Assembly: GCA_003971905.1 (NCBI GenBank)
Contig: RSEE01000026.1
Location: 124,001-188,000, forward strand
Direction of reading: 5' to 3'
DNA length: 64,000 nucleotides
Origin: Moniliella sp. 'wahieum'
Taxonomy: Eukaryota
Shown here: one piece after another, positions 1 to 11,170 of the stretch
Layout: every line of letters begins with the position of its first letter
How positions within the stretch are numbered: position 1 is the stretch's first letter
Notes under the pieces: model-generated
Database searches by the model: none
What the model saw: the letters and a program-made list of their open reading frames with translations, nothing else
Told to the model about the DNA's origin: nothing
Translations under genes and position numbers: made by a program

Positions 1-2496
1 TCTCCTTCCTCATCCCTCGAGCTTCCCCGTACCTTACAAAAGAGCCATATGTCAGCCCATTCCCTTGCCAGGGCATCTCGGTTGAAGAGTCAGGGCCCAT
101 CAGCCAAGCTCGTCTCGTTCCTGGCACGGACCCTGCTCTACGCCCCATATCCAGTGCCGAGAACTTTTCGCGACTATCGAATGGTGCCTCCGCCACGCAG
201 CCTCTTCGTATCCTCCGCCCCCGGGTAAAAACGGTACGGCTACCCGCCAGGTACACCCTTGAGTCAGGATCGCCCACCTCGGTATCAGACAAGGAAAGCC
301 CCGCTACCTCCATCTCCTCTGACCCACAGACCACGGCTCCTCCACCACGAATCTCAGCTTGGGAGGGAAGGACAAGGGGACTACATCCATACGTATCTCG
401 CCTCGCACCCGAACGAGCCGAACGAGCCCAACGTTACTCTGTTCCCAGCCAATGTCCCTTCTCGCACCGATGAGGGCAAAGGTTTGTGGGACCTGATGCC
501 GGTGCCTATTGCGTGTGGCTCTGGTAAGGCCCCCCAATCGGTTTTGCGGTCTGCCTTGGCTTCTTCAAATGGTGTTACGTTTCCCTTCCGTTCGACATTG
601 CCGTTAGTCTACTGAAGCTCCTCCCCTCGGCCGCGTCCGAAAAAGAACAGGATTATGGATCGGTATTGACGGGGAGCGAGGTGGCTTTGTTGCGGGCCGA
701 GGTACAAGCATTGAAGCACCAACGTTCCAAAGAGCAGATGCAAGAAACAAGCCATCGGGAATGGTATCGAATGCACGAGGCCAAGACGTACGCGCAGCTT
801 CAAGAGTTGGAGAAAGGCATGGGCGCACCTACAGACCTCTTGTGAGCTCAAAGCGTCGGAACTGGCCGAGCTGACCGCACGAGCGGAAACTAGGGAACCT
901 AAAGGAGTGGGCATGGGTGGTTCCTACCCTCCCGTGGAACTGGGGCGCAACTTGTCCGTCGGCTCGAGCATGTTTCCCTCACCTTCCGCGCTGAGTTGAA
1001 TTCGCTTGTGGAGCAGCGGGACGCCATGCGGATCGAGGTGTCAGAGCTGGAACAGAACAAGGCAACTTATTGCAGGAGAAGGAAGCCTTGTCTCTGTTCC
1101 TCTCTTCGCTACAGCGTGAAAGAAGAGGAGCAGCGTTCGCTGGGCCATGCCAAGGTGTCAAGGCAAACATTGCGCTCGCTCCTTGAGCCTCCCGCGGGAG
1201 AAGCCTCATCACTTTCCTATCCTTTTCCGTCCCCCTTTCCCGATACATTCTCTCAAGGAGGGAAAATGTTCCGTTGATGCGTGGCACGGGTGGGCAGCGG
1301 GCGAGCACCACGGCATTCCCTCCACCTCTAAGCCCGGGTATGCTACATTCTCCCTCTGGTCTCTCCCTGTATTCGGCTCGAGTATCGGACCTGCCCCAGC
1401 CGAGCCGTTCTTCCACTTCGCTTTCCATTGGCGGGGGACTCTACTCTCAAGAGGGCGATTCGATGCCCAACCTAGTTTCTTCACATCCTAATGGGTCGGT
1501 GTCGTCAGATCTACCGTTGGGCACAGCTCGCTACGAGTGGAGCGGTTTGACATTTGGTTTGCCTCCTCCCCCCAGGGGAGGGCACGATTTTCATTCCTTT
1601 ACCGCAGTCCGTCCAACTCGATGCATGGTCTGCCAGCGGAGCATGTGGGGCCAGACCGAATTGCGATGCACGTTGCCTTGGCGCGATTCACCAGCGCTGT
1701 GTGGGGGGGCACATTTCCATATGTCAATCCAGCGAAAAAGAGGACAGCATCCGTTCTGTTGCTTCCCCACTTGCTGCCCTTGTCGGAGGAGAAGGAGGGC
1801 AAGGAGAAGTATCCCCAGCGAAGCACGAGGTCGGGTGCACGCTGGGCTGCGACCTCTCCATCCAACTGCCCTCGAAGGAAATGTGATTCCGCACATGCTA
1901 TCAAAATGTATCGAGGCCATTGAGGCCACCGCACTACGGTCTGAAGGCATCTATCGCCAGACGGGTGGATCCGGTCAAGTAACGCTCATCACCTCCCTCT
2001 TTGAGCGAGGGTGCGAATTTGATCTGCTAGATTCGAGTCGGTTCAACGATCCGGATGCAATTGGGTCAGTGCTCAAGAACTTTTTACGTGCTTTGCCCGT
2101 ACCGCTCATTCCCCCCTCCACCCAAGCTCAACTCTCGTCGCTTCTCGATTTGGGGGTGACTGACGTGAGTGAGGTGAAAGAGGTGGTTCGTATGCTCCTC
2201 CCTGTACACCAAGCTTCCGTGGCCCTGCTGATGCGCCATCTCAACCGCGTCCACCAAGCCCGCAATGAAAACCTCATGACAGCACGAAACCTAGGGACCA
2301 TATTTGGTCCCACCCTTTTCCGTTCGCTCACAACCGCCCAAGAATTGGCATAGATGGGCACCAATGCTCGGATTGTCGAGTGTATGTATTTTCGAGCGTT
2401 CTTCCTACTAGTCCATCCACTCACCCGTTTCGTTCCTTTTCTTCCTACCCAGACCTTTTCAACCCAGATGTCTTTGAGGCGACCTCTGACCTCTAG
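1..2496 (+). CDS. Rho GTPase-activating protein (coiled coil + C1 + RhoGAP), 5'-truncated by the window edge
   Basis: C1-like HDFHSFTAVRPTRCMVCQRSMWGQTELRC. RhoGAP motifs IPHMLSKCIEAIE..EGIYR, LKNFLRALPVPLI and NLMTARNLGTIFGPTL. Intron 2382-2452 then YLFNPDVFEATSDL*. Several frameshifts and an in-frame TAG at 2351. Confidence 0.9.
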
Positions 2497-3676
2497 CCAC
2501 TGGTGGGGGCCAAAATATACCCTGCTCTTGATATATATACTTCCTTATTATAGACTCACAGCCTCTATTAACCGTGGTTCTTGTCCTCGACGTCCTTTCG
2601 GCGCACATTGGTTCCGCACTGCTTTCCACAGGCTGCTTTAATGTGCTTTTGTGCCCACAACTTTCTCTGTCTTGAGCAGCGAGTACTTGCGCATTTTGAA
2701 TGAACTACGGCCAATGCAGGCCACGCCATCTCCTCCCCTCTGCGAATTCGAGATCGAGATGACATGTGGACCACGCCATGATGGGCATGATGGAGATAAG
2801 CATCGGCATGGTTAGAATCGCGGAGCGGGTCTAAGACTCAGCCACCAATCCTCGTTCGACGACTACTATATTCAACCCCTCTGTTTTCGCCGTCTATTGG
2901 ATTAAAAAGGCATATGCTGTTTTGTGATATGGCGTGACGCAGAGTCTTTCCTCTGGTGGCCTGGCCAGGGGAGGCCCCCTGTGGCGGACTCAGGCCTCCT
3001 GACCGGGCTTCACCGGCCTCATCCTTGCCGCTCAAACTGTGGCCAGGCCGCGTGTGCATGGCCTTGACGGGCTTGAAAGGCCGCGACGAAAGCCGCGGAG
3101 TTCCTTCCGATCCCCAGATGGCCCCAGGAACTTACTTGGCCTCCTAGGTCGCCGGTCAGCCTCAGAGTGTGAGAAGTGGATGGAATTGGGGTGTACAATT
3201 CATTTCTCGGTTGGGCGCCGTTCTGCTTCTCACATGCCGGCCCGGCGCTCGTTCGCCCGCCCTCGGGGCTGCTCGGGGAAGACCAGCTGCTGCTACCTAC
3301 TAAAGAGGCGTATACGGCGTGATACAGGCCGTAGGGGGCTCGCTCGGACACGGTCACAGTGGGTGACGTATGTGAGCCGCATCATGCATGCATCATGCTT
3401 CATGCACCATGACATGCATGACGTTTCACGTTTCACAATTTACAAGTTACATTTCACATTTCGATGCCATACGCAACAAATCAGTCGAAATTGGCCCTTC
3501 GGCGATCTGGAGGCCGCAGGCGAACACAACGATATATAGCCAAACGGGCCCACCGCCTCAAGTCCAATCCTTCCTCAACGTCCACGGTCGAGCCCGCTTC
3601 CCTCCCTCCACCTCCACCTCCACCTCCACCTCCACCTATTCTCAGCCACCCCCCTCTCACCCACTGTCTGCGTGCA

Positions 3677-4249
3677 ATGTCCGAGCTATACTCCCTCTCT
3701 GTGCCTTGGAAGAAGAGCACATACGACTTTGCCCAGACCAAGGGCAAGGTCTTGATATCTTCAATTCGGCGACCAAGTGTGGTTTCACACCTCAACTCGA
3801 TGGGCTTGAGAAGCTGTACGCTGAGTACAAAGACCAAGGGCGGAGGTGATTGGGTTCCCCAGCAACCAATTTGGGTCCCAAAACCCTCAGGATGATGAAG
3901 AACTGGTGCCTTCTGCAAGCTCAACTATGGTGTTCAGTTCCCCATGGTCAACAAGAGGTTGTCTTTATCCTAATTCTGTGTCCTGATCCCTTTCTTCTTG
4001 GCTCATGGCCACCCACTGCCGGAGGCTGACCACCTTTCTGATAGCGATGTGAACGGGAACGACACGAACCCGGTGTTCAAGTTCCTCAAGCACGAGAAGA
4101 AGGGTGTGCTGGGGGAGCGGATCGTGTGGAACTTTACCAAGTTCCTTGTGGACCGGCAAGGCAAGGTCTATGCTCGCTATGCCCCTACCACTTCTCCCGA
4201 GTCGATCAAGGGCGACGTTGAGAAGCTGCTAGCCCAGCCGGCTGCTTGA
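3677..4249 (+). CDS. Glutathione peroxidase (Cys-type, Gpx/Hyr1 family)
   Basis: [38 protein letters not shown] and [12 protein letters not shown]. Intron about 3958-4044. Frameshifted. Confidence 0.95.
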
Positions 4250-4511
4250 TTCCCCCCAATCCGGTCGCCAGGGACCATGATTTCTCCTGGCTCGTGTTTG
4301 CGCGTTCGGCCTTCGAATGATAGGACTCCTTATATCATATCTCGTGGTCTTATTTTTCGTGTTTCCGTCCTGCACTGGCTATGTCACTTTTTTGGCGTTC
4401 TGGTTTCTGCTCGTCATAGTGGCAAGCAAGGCGGAATGAGGAGGCAGAAACTTCTTGATCCATTTTGCATTCATGCAGGTTACTTTTGCCAGGGCGGGAC
4501 CCCCCTTCGTG

Positions 4512-5492
4512 TTTAGACGAACGGGGTTCCTCGGCTTAGCGAGACAAGAGAGGGATGGGATTTAAAAGGTCTGCGGTTCGGTAGATTGCTGAGGCTCCAT
4601 TGGGCAAGTCGATAATTGCGCACGGCCTGGGCCTCCTTGGTGATGAACACGCTTTCCAGCACTACGCTCGCCACAAAGACGACAGGAGCAAGCCCAAAAG
4701 GATGCTAATGCCCGTACGTTCCGCCTGCGTGAAAGGACGGGGCAAGACACCGGGGGAGAATCGGAAGACCCGCTTGCCATCAGGTCCCTTTACCCCGTCC
4801 AACGGCTCCACCGGGCAAAGAGCCCATTGGGAAGCATCGAATAAAAGTGATGGTGAGCCTGGTCATAAAACACCACCGCTTGGTGCGCCCAGGTCGGAGG
4901 CAGGCCCGCTTGTTGCAGACGTGCCACCCTCGGTAGGGTCGACCCTTTCTCGCCCCCCACCTCCACATCGCTCCCGATCTCCGGAGCGAGGGGACTGTGC
5001 ACGGGCGTGGCGTCGTCAATGGTGACCACGGGGGCGGGGCGTTTGATACCGTTCTCGGTCTTTCGGCTGCGTGGGCTCGGGTATGAATCAAGGGGATTGG
5101 GGGCGGTGCCAGCTTGGTGTGGCGCGGAGGAAAAGGGATCTTGACATTGAACGTTTCCGGCGATCTTGAGCGCCTGGGGAGGCACCCCAGGGGGTTCTCT
5201 CCAGCATAGAGGCTTGGTGGGCAGACGATCGTCATCCTGGCCCTCGCGGATGGACAGGGTGGCATCTGAATTGGGTGCAACAACCTAGTAGGGTCGATGG
5301 CCAGGTCCTTGTGCGCCTGGCTGGCATCCTCCAACATCGACGCCTTTTGGTCCGCAGGTGCATCGCGCGGAGGCAAGGCGGAGGTTGGAGCTGGTGTGGC
5401 AAGCCCCCCACCGGCACCCGCACCACGGACGGGGTAATATAACAGGCGGGACGGGTGTGGGCAAGGGCACGAAAGAGCTGTTGACGGAACAT
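4512..5492 (-). CDS. Hypothetical protein, probably mitochondrial
   Basis: ATG at 5492 opens MFRQQLFRALAHTRPACY, which is Arg-rich, lacks acidic residues and resembles a presequence. Overlapping ORFs continue to about 4.5 kb with a hydrophobic segment near the end. No family recognised and the 3' end is uncertain. Confidence 0.5.
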
Positions 5493-6311
5493 GGCGTGGG
5501 TGGACAGACGGTGGCAGAAAAACAAGCGGGGGTCGGATCGTGATGCCAGGCGATTCGACGATTCGCAGTACTCACGTCTCAACGCAGCCGCCCTGGGTCA
5601 GTTGCAGCCTCGGCGCTGAAGCTCACTAGCTCTGCAGTACTCGGTACTCAGTCTGAGGACTCCGACTCTGGCCTACTCCCCAAGCTGCCTCGATGACCAC
5701 GATGATCTGTGGAGTGCGCTGGCGGTGACATTGATGGATGATGGATGGGCATGGTGCATGATTATGATGCAGATGATGCGTAATGCATAATGCGAGTGCT
5801 AGTGCATAATGCTCTAAGCATCCCGCAATATAGGCTGGGGGCACGTCCTAGCATGTCCTAGTACACCCCACGGCCACGCGCACGGTCCATCCTGTGCCAC
5901 CGGCGGAGCTGCGCCTCTGTGCCTCAGCTGGTCTCAGCGATGTCAGCGCGTCAGCGTTGATTGATTAGATCTTAGATCTTGGATTCATTCGATCATCGAT
6001 CATCGATCACTTCCGCCCAGGTCGAGCCCAGGGCAAGGGCGGGGCAGATACTGCCCCCTTGCCTGGCTTTGCTCGTCGCTCTCCCCCCCTCCCGGTTTCC
6101 ACCGGGCCAGTAGGCGGAACCCCGCGTTACGAGCGGAATACTCAACGGAGTTGTGGCATTGATATATGGAACGTTCAAGGTTCCGGAAACCCCCATCACG
6201 TGCGCCTGCAGCCTAGGGTTGCACGATTACCAATCGGCCTGCCTCCGGCCAGGATGCGAGTGCCACCCGGTTGGCTGGCTCCACCACCACTCGGCTGGAC
6301 TGGCGGCTACC

Positions 6312-6736
6312 ATGGGGCGCACCGAACATGTTGTAGGCTGGGGCGTCGCCGGGTTGACCGTGCGCGTCATGCAGCAATTCATCAAGCGCCAACACCCTTT
6401 CGGCAGTACGTCTTGTTGTCGTGCGCTGCGCTGGCGCGCTGTTGTCCTTGCGCCTACTGACCTGCCCCTCCTCTAGGCATCGGCGCTCTCGTTGGCTTCA
6501 CGGCTGTCGGCGCTGGCCTTGGCTGGAAAGTGTTTGACTTTACGGTCTGGACCACGGAGGAGATCAACAGGCAGAGGCAGGAAGTCCTGGCCCGCCGCGC
6601 CACCTGGCTGCCGGCTCGCTCTAACAACCTTCCTCGCCCTTTTGTCCTCATGTCACCCGATGAGGTGAGTTGAATGCACCCTCTAAGCTCACCAAGTTCC
6701 GCGCACTGCATCTAGTGCATCGCATCCATCTGCTAG
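6312..6736 (+). CDS. NADH:ubiquinone oxidoreductase accessory subunit (14 kDa / NDUFC2-B14.5b-like)
   Basis: Splicing intron 6406-6476 gives MGRTEHVVGWGVAGLTVRVMQQFIKRQHPFGSIGALVGFTAVGAGLGWKVF...RQRQEVLARRA. This fits my recollection of the W-x-G-x-GL-x-VR-x2-Q two-TM pattern of the fungal subunit. A second intron starts at about 6665 (GTGAGT). Confidence 0.7.
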
Positions 6737-7240
6737 TTCGAGGAGGCTGCACTGAGCTGCGGACCCAAACGGATGCTGAGCACTGACTAGACACGGCAGG
6801 GAGATATGTGGGATGGTTATTGGCTAATGCGAGACAGGGAATGCAAGGACAAGAGGAAAACGAAGGTGGGTCGGCCGCAATGCTAGAGTAATGCATGTGG
6901 TCGAGAAGAAGAAAAAGTTAAGTGGCAGTGGTACCACAAGCGCACCGTCAGAGTTGGGCTCGACAAAGGCGGCAAGGCGTCTAACATGTAGAACGTGGGC
7001 ACCAGGCCGCGCTTGCGAACACCGACCGTAGCGTTCCAACCAGTGTGGACCGAACGGGATAGCAGGACCTTACTCCGGATGATACCTGAACGGAGCCCAT
7101 TGAGCGTAGAACGTCCAGGGGCATAGGTGGACCACCAGGATGCCTGCAAGCGGTCCTGAGGGAAAGTGGGCCAGGAATCGGTTGCGACCCAAGCAGGTCC
7201 TCGTCGATCTTTTCTGGGATGGGGCTGGTGAACTCAACAT

Positions 7241-8820
7241 TCAACCGACACGTCGGGCGTCGTTGGATGGCCCGCGATACTCCTCCGGGCTGCAGCTGGT
7301 GAGAGCACGAGCGTCGTGAACAAGCCACTTGCCCATGCTAGGGTAAGGGGATAGACCCGGCGAGGTAGAGTGCTTGACAGTCGAGTGTTCGAACGAGGGG
7401 GCAAAAGTCCCACTGGCGGATTGCAGTGAGAATCAGGGTCACAGCGGTAAGGAAAGTAGGTGACGCCTCCGTTGGAACAGAGACGGGAAGGAGGAGTAGT
7501 AACAGTCCAATCGGGCCGAGTGGAGGAAAGGGGTGAAGATGGAGGAGGGAAGAGGGGCAAGCTGGGCCGTGGTGGAGTACATCTGTTTTGGAATTCTGGA
7601 GCGAGAGGTTGGATTTGTGCGGGTGGGCTTGGAAAGACGCAGAAGGTGTCGAGACCGAGGGACGGTGGTGCAAAGTAAAAGGTTCGTTTGCTACCTTCAA
7701 TCCGTCAATCTGCGCTCCCTCTCCTCTTCTGGTCCTCCTCCACTGTCACTCGGGACTCAAACAGAGTACACTTCCTCGTATCTTCTTCGTCCCACGTTGA
7801 ATAAGGCTTCCATCCACCGGGGAAGAAGGCCTGATAGCGTAGAGGCCGAGGATGACTAGTTGGAAAAGAGTAACAGAAACGTAATGAGCGCGTTATACTG
7901 TTGGAGGGGCAACGGACCAAGGCAAAGCCAGCAGTATACCCTAGAGCCAGGAGGCAAGTAACTTCCACGATACCGTACTTCTTTGCGCAATTGTAAATGC
8001 GAGACGCTGGTGATATGGATGAGGGAGACAGCGGAGGCGACATAGTAGCAGCCGAACGGAAAAGAGAGATGCGCATGTAACGGGAAATGACGAGGAAGGT
8101 TGCATGGAATAGGACGGCAGCTTGACTGAGGTGTGCGCTCTTTGGGTCCAAGGTAAGTTGCGCGTATGAAGAAAGCAGACCAGAGGTGCATTCGCGCCAA
8201 TAGAGTGTGCAGGAGAAAGTTGAGCTTGATCGGGAATGCATCCGGGATCTGTTCTCGCAAGTTGCCGAAGAGATAGAATTGCATGAAAAAGTTGCAGATG
8301 CTGAATAGCACCCCAAGGGTTTTGGGTGCCATAGCGAATCAGGACCCAATTGCCGTAGTATTTAACCCTCCTTTTTCTGCACCGGCGCCAAAGCAGCCAT
8401 ACGTACGGCCAGAATCCTTCTCGCTTTGTTCTTCGGGAGACTCGCTTTTTACGAGACCGGCGGGCGACTTCCTCGCGCACTTGCTTCTTGAGTAACGCGA
8501 CGCGAGATTCAGCCTCGTTGCGAGCTGATGGGCACAGTGGTAGGCGCAGTCGTCTTGACACGTCCACTTGGTCCAGCGTATGGCCACGCAAGATGGATAT
8601 CGTGCCTCGTTTCCCGGCCTGTCTGCCCGTCATCCACGCCGTCCGGGCCACAGACATCAGCCAAGCAGGAGCTCACGCACTGCTTGAACTCGGGGGCCTG
8701 GTCGCCTTCTGAGGCACGCACAACCACACCCATCCTAGCCACCACAAGGAGAGCGACAAGGAGCAACCAGTTGCGCAGGAATGCGTTGCGTGTTGGGCGC
8801 GCCGAGCGAGGAGGGCGCAT
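7241..8820 (-). CDS. PER1: Per1/PGAP3 GPI-remodelling protein
   Basis: Signal-like segment followed by ASEGDQAPEFKQCVSSC, WTCQDDCAYHC, YYGNW, LGVLFSICNF, and C-terminal WDFCPLVRTLDCQALYLAGSIPL..KWLVHDAR. Many frameshifts. The 3' end may extend to about 6.9 kb. Confidence 0.88.
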
Positions 8821-9367
8821 GTCGACCAGTGTGAGGCAGAGAAAGGGGCCGAGGCAAGGGAGCAATGTTGAGGAGTGGTGGAGAGGGAGAATTCTTGATG
8901 GGGTGCGGAGGTGGGGGTGGGGCAGGTACCGGCTGTGAGGGAAAAGAAATATGTGACCATTCCTATGGCGATCATAAGCGTATAGTGGCATCGCTTCATA
9001 AACAGTGATGATCGAGAATCGACAGACGAGAGGCTCGCAGCGATCGATTGCTGTATGGCTACCGTACGGTTACATGTTACAGGCTGGCTATCCGCGCGTT
9101 TCTTGGTCCCTGTCTTCAAGGTCTGCCAACTTGTGTGACTTCGTCGGAGTGGTTATTTGGACGGTGACCGGTGATGCAGGTGGGGCAAGAAGTATGCATG
9201 ATGCATGAGACAGCACAGTTGCCAGGGAAGAGGACAAGTGTGGATCACTGATCCTGCAAGTGAATGGCAGAGGATCGCAACAGACAGAGGATGTGTTGGT
9301 GTCCAGCGTTCCTGAGAAGTCGGGTGCACACCGATTGCCCCGTGTTGCCATGGACAGAGTGTTAAAT

Positions 9368-9530
9368 ATCAGAGAGCAGGCAGTGAGGGTGCATTGCATT
9401 GCACATGAGCTACAGAGGCTGGAGAATAATTCTGCCCTCCAGGAAGGGGTATTGCAAGAATCAACCGCGCTACTGTGGCCACTACGCCACTGCGGCTTCA
9501 CACAAAGGCGATGGTCGAGGGCAGACGATG
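9368..9530. repeat. Dispersed repeat family R1, copy A
   Basis: Shares GGTGCATTG..GCACATGAGCTAC..AGAA..CTGCCC-CCA-GAA-G..CCACTA with 16975-17375 and 55598-55770. Confidence 0.8.
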
Positions 9531-9609
9531 GCTCGACGTATTTTAATGGGCACACGAAGCGCAACCCATTTGGCCCCCCACAGGCACCGCTTCAGAAATG
9601 AGCTTGAAG

Positions 9610-9648
9610 AGCTTGAAGCTTGAAGTGTGTGCCTTCAAGCTTCAAGCT
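9610..9648. repeat. Perfect 16-bp inverted repeat, 7-nt spacer
   Basis: AGCTTGAAGCTTGAAG-tgtgtgc-CTTCAAGCTTCAAGCT. Confidence 0.9.
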
Positions 9649-11170
9649 TCACTGTCGTACCGTCGCCGGCGACTGTCCCTCGCACTCGCCAACTATCACC
9701 CATGAACATCACATGCCGCGCTTGGCTGGCATGCCCGCCCGGCGCCAGGTCTTACATTGGCCCTGCCCTGCTCTGCCCGCTCTGCCCCAGGCACAGCGCT
9801 GTCACATCCGCTCGCTTTTTTTTAGTCGGCAAGACAGCCTCTGTGCCTCGATATGCCGGAAGCGATCTGCGGAATCATTAATCCCAGGACCTCCCCCAAT
9901 AGAAATGACTTCCTCCTCGTCTGACTTCCCCGTCGGCACCCTTGGGCCCTACAGCACACTTCCGTCTGCCTCGGGCCTCAGCCTCACTAGCACTGCCTCA
10001 GGCCTCACCGGCCTCACCAGCCTTAGCGCCTCAGCGCCTCAGCCTCACCTGCTGTGAACGGCGGTTGAACGTGTACTGAGTAATACACTGAGTACTGAGT
10101 GTACTGACGAAGTGTACTGAGTACGAAGGAGTACTGCACACTCACTGAGTCTGGGCCGCTCAGTGCCGTTGAACTCCGCTGAGCGCGCTGAGGCTCAGCA
10201 GAGCCGCTGAACGTTGATTCAACACGAAAGTTGAATATCCGTTGAATGTCAACCACGTCAACACATTGTGTACCCATACCTCACAGGAAAGTGGATCCTC
10301 AACAGTACTGAGACTCAATACTCAGTTGAACGTTACGCGTTACGCCACCTCGATACATCATGAATCTTGTAGCTAGTGCAACCATGATCAGCATTCTCTC
10401 CAAATTGCATCCGGTGGCCATTGCCCAAGACCATATATTCTTCAGCCAGACATTGCCACCCTCTGGTCGACACCGACATTGTGATTACTCTCGCTGGCGA
10501 CTAGCCCGTGTTAGGCGTGTTACACGTCTTGGCTGGGGCCAATGTAAGAGGTTCCTTACATGAAATGAGTCAACAGCAACGTGGCATCTGATGCGTTAAC
10601 TTTTGTATACCCCCTGGATGTGCACAAGACGGCGAGTGCCACGGATATCATGATCGGCCTCGGGTACATATAATCAGGTGTTTACTACCCGAGAGACAGT
10701 GTTGCATTATAGATCAACATAAAGGCAGTGCTTGTGTGGGTTGGTGGAAAGGGATATGTTGGGGGGTCACACGACCTCAAGCTGAAGAGGGAGGTCTGCG
10801 AAGAGTACAGCGAAGAGTACAGTCCAGATATCTCCATACCAAATACCTTTCATCAACTCTCTTCTTCATCAGGTACGTCCATCAAGCTCATTTTTATTGC
10901 TCCTATACGATGCATCGGTGTCCCCGTCTCCGTCCTTCGTTAACTGGTCTAGAAAACGCTGCAGTGCACGCGAACCATCCTTTTCCTCCGGATTTTCCTA
11001 CTACTACACTGTCTCCCGGCATTTTTGGAGCTGGACAAGGGTAAATGACAGTGGACACTAAAAGATTCTTCCAATTGATTGGGCATTCTGGACATGGGGT
11101 GGGGGCGTGGGCACAGGGGGCGCTTGCTCGCTTCACCATGTCCAAAGAAAAAGACAGAAGGGGCGACCTT

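Noticed and set aside
3677..4249. Selenoprotein GPX (TGA at 3848 and 3893)
   Set aside because: The active-site codon is TGT (Cys) in KCGFT. The TGAs appear only in shifted frames.
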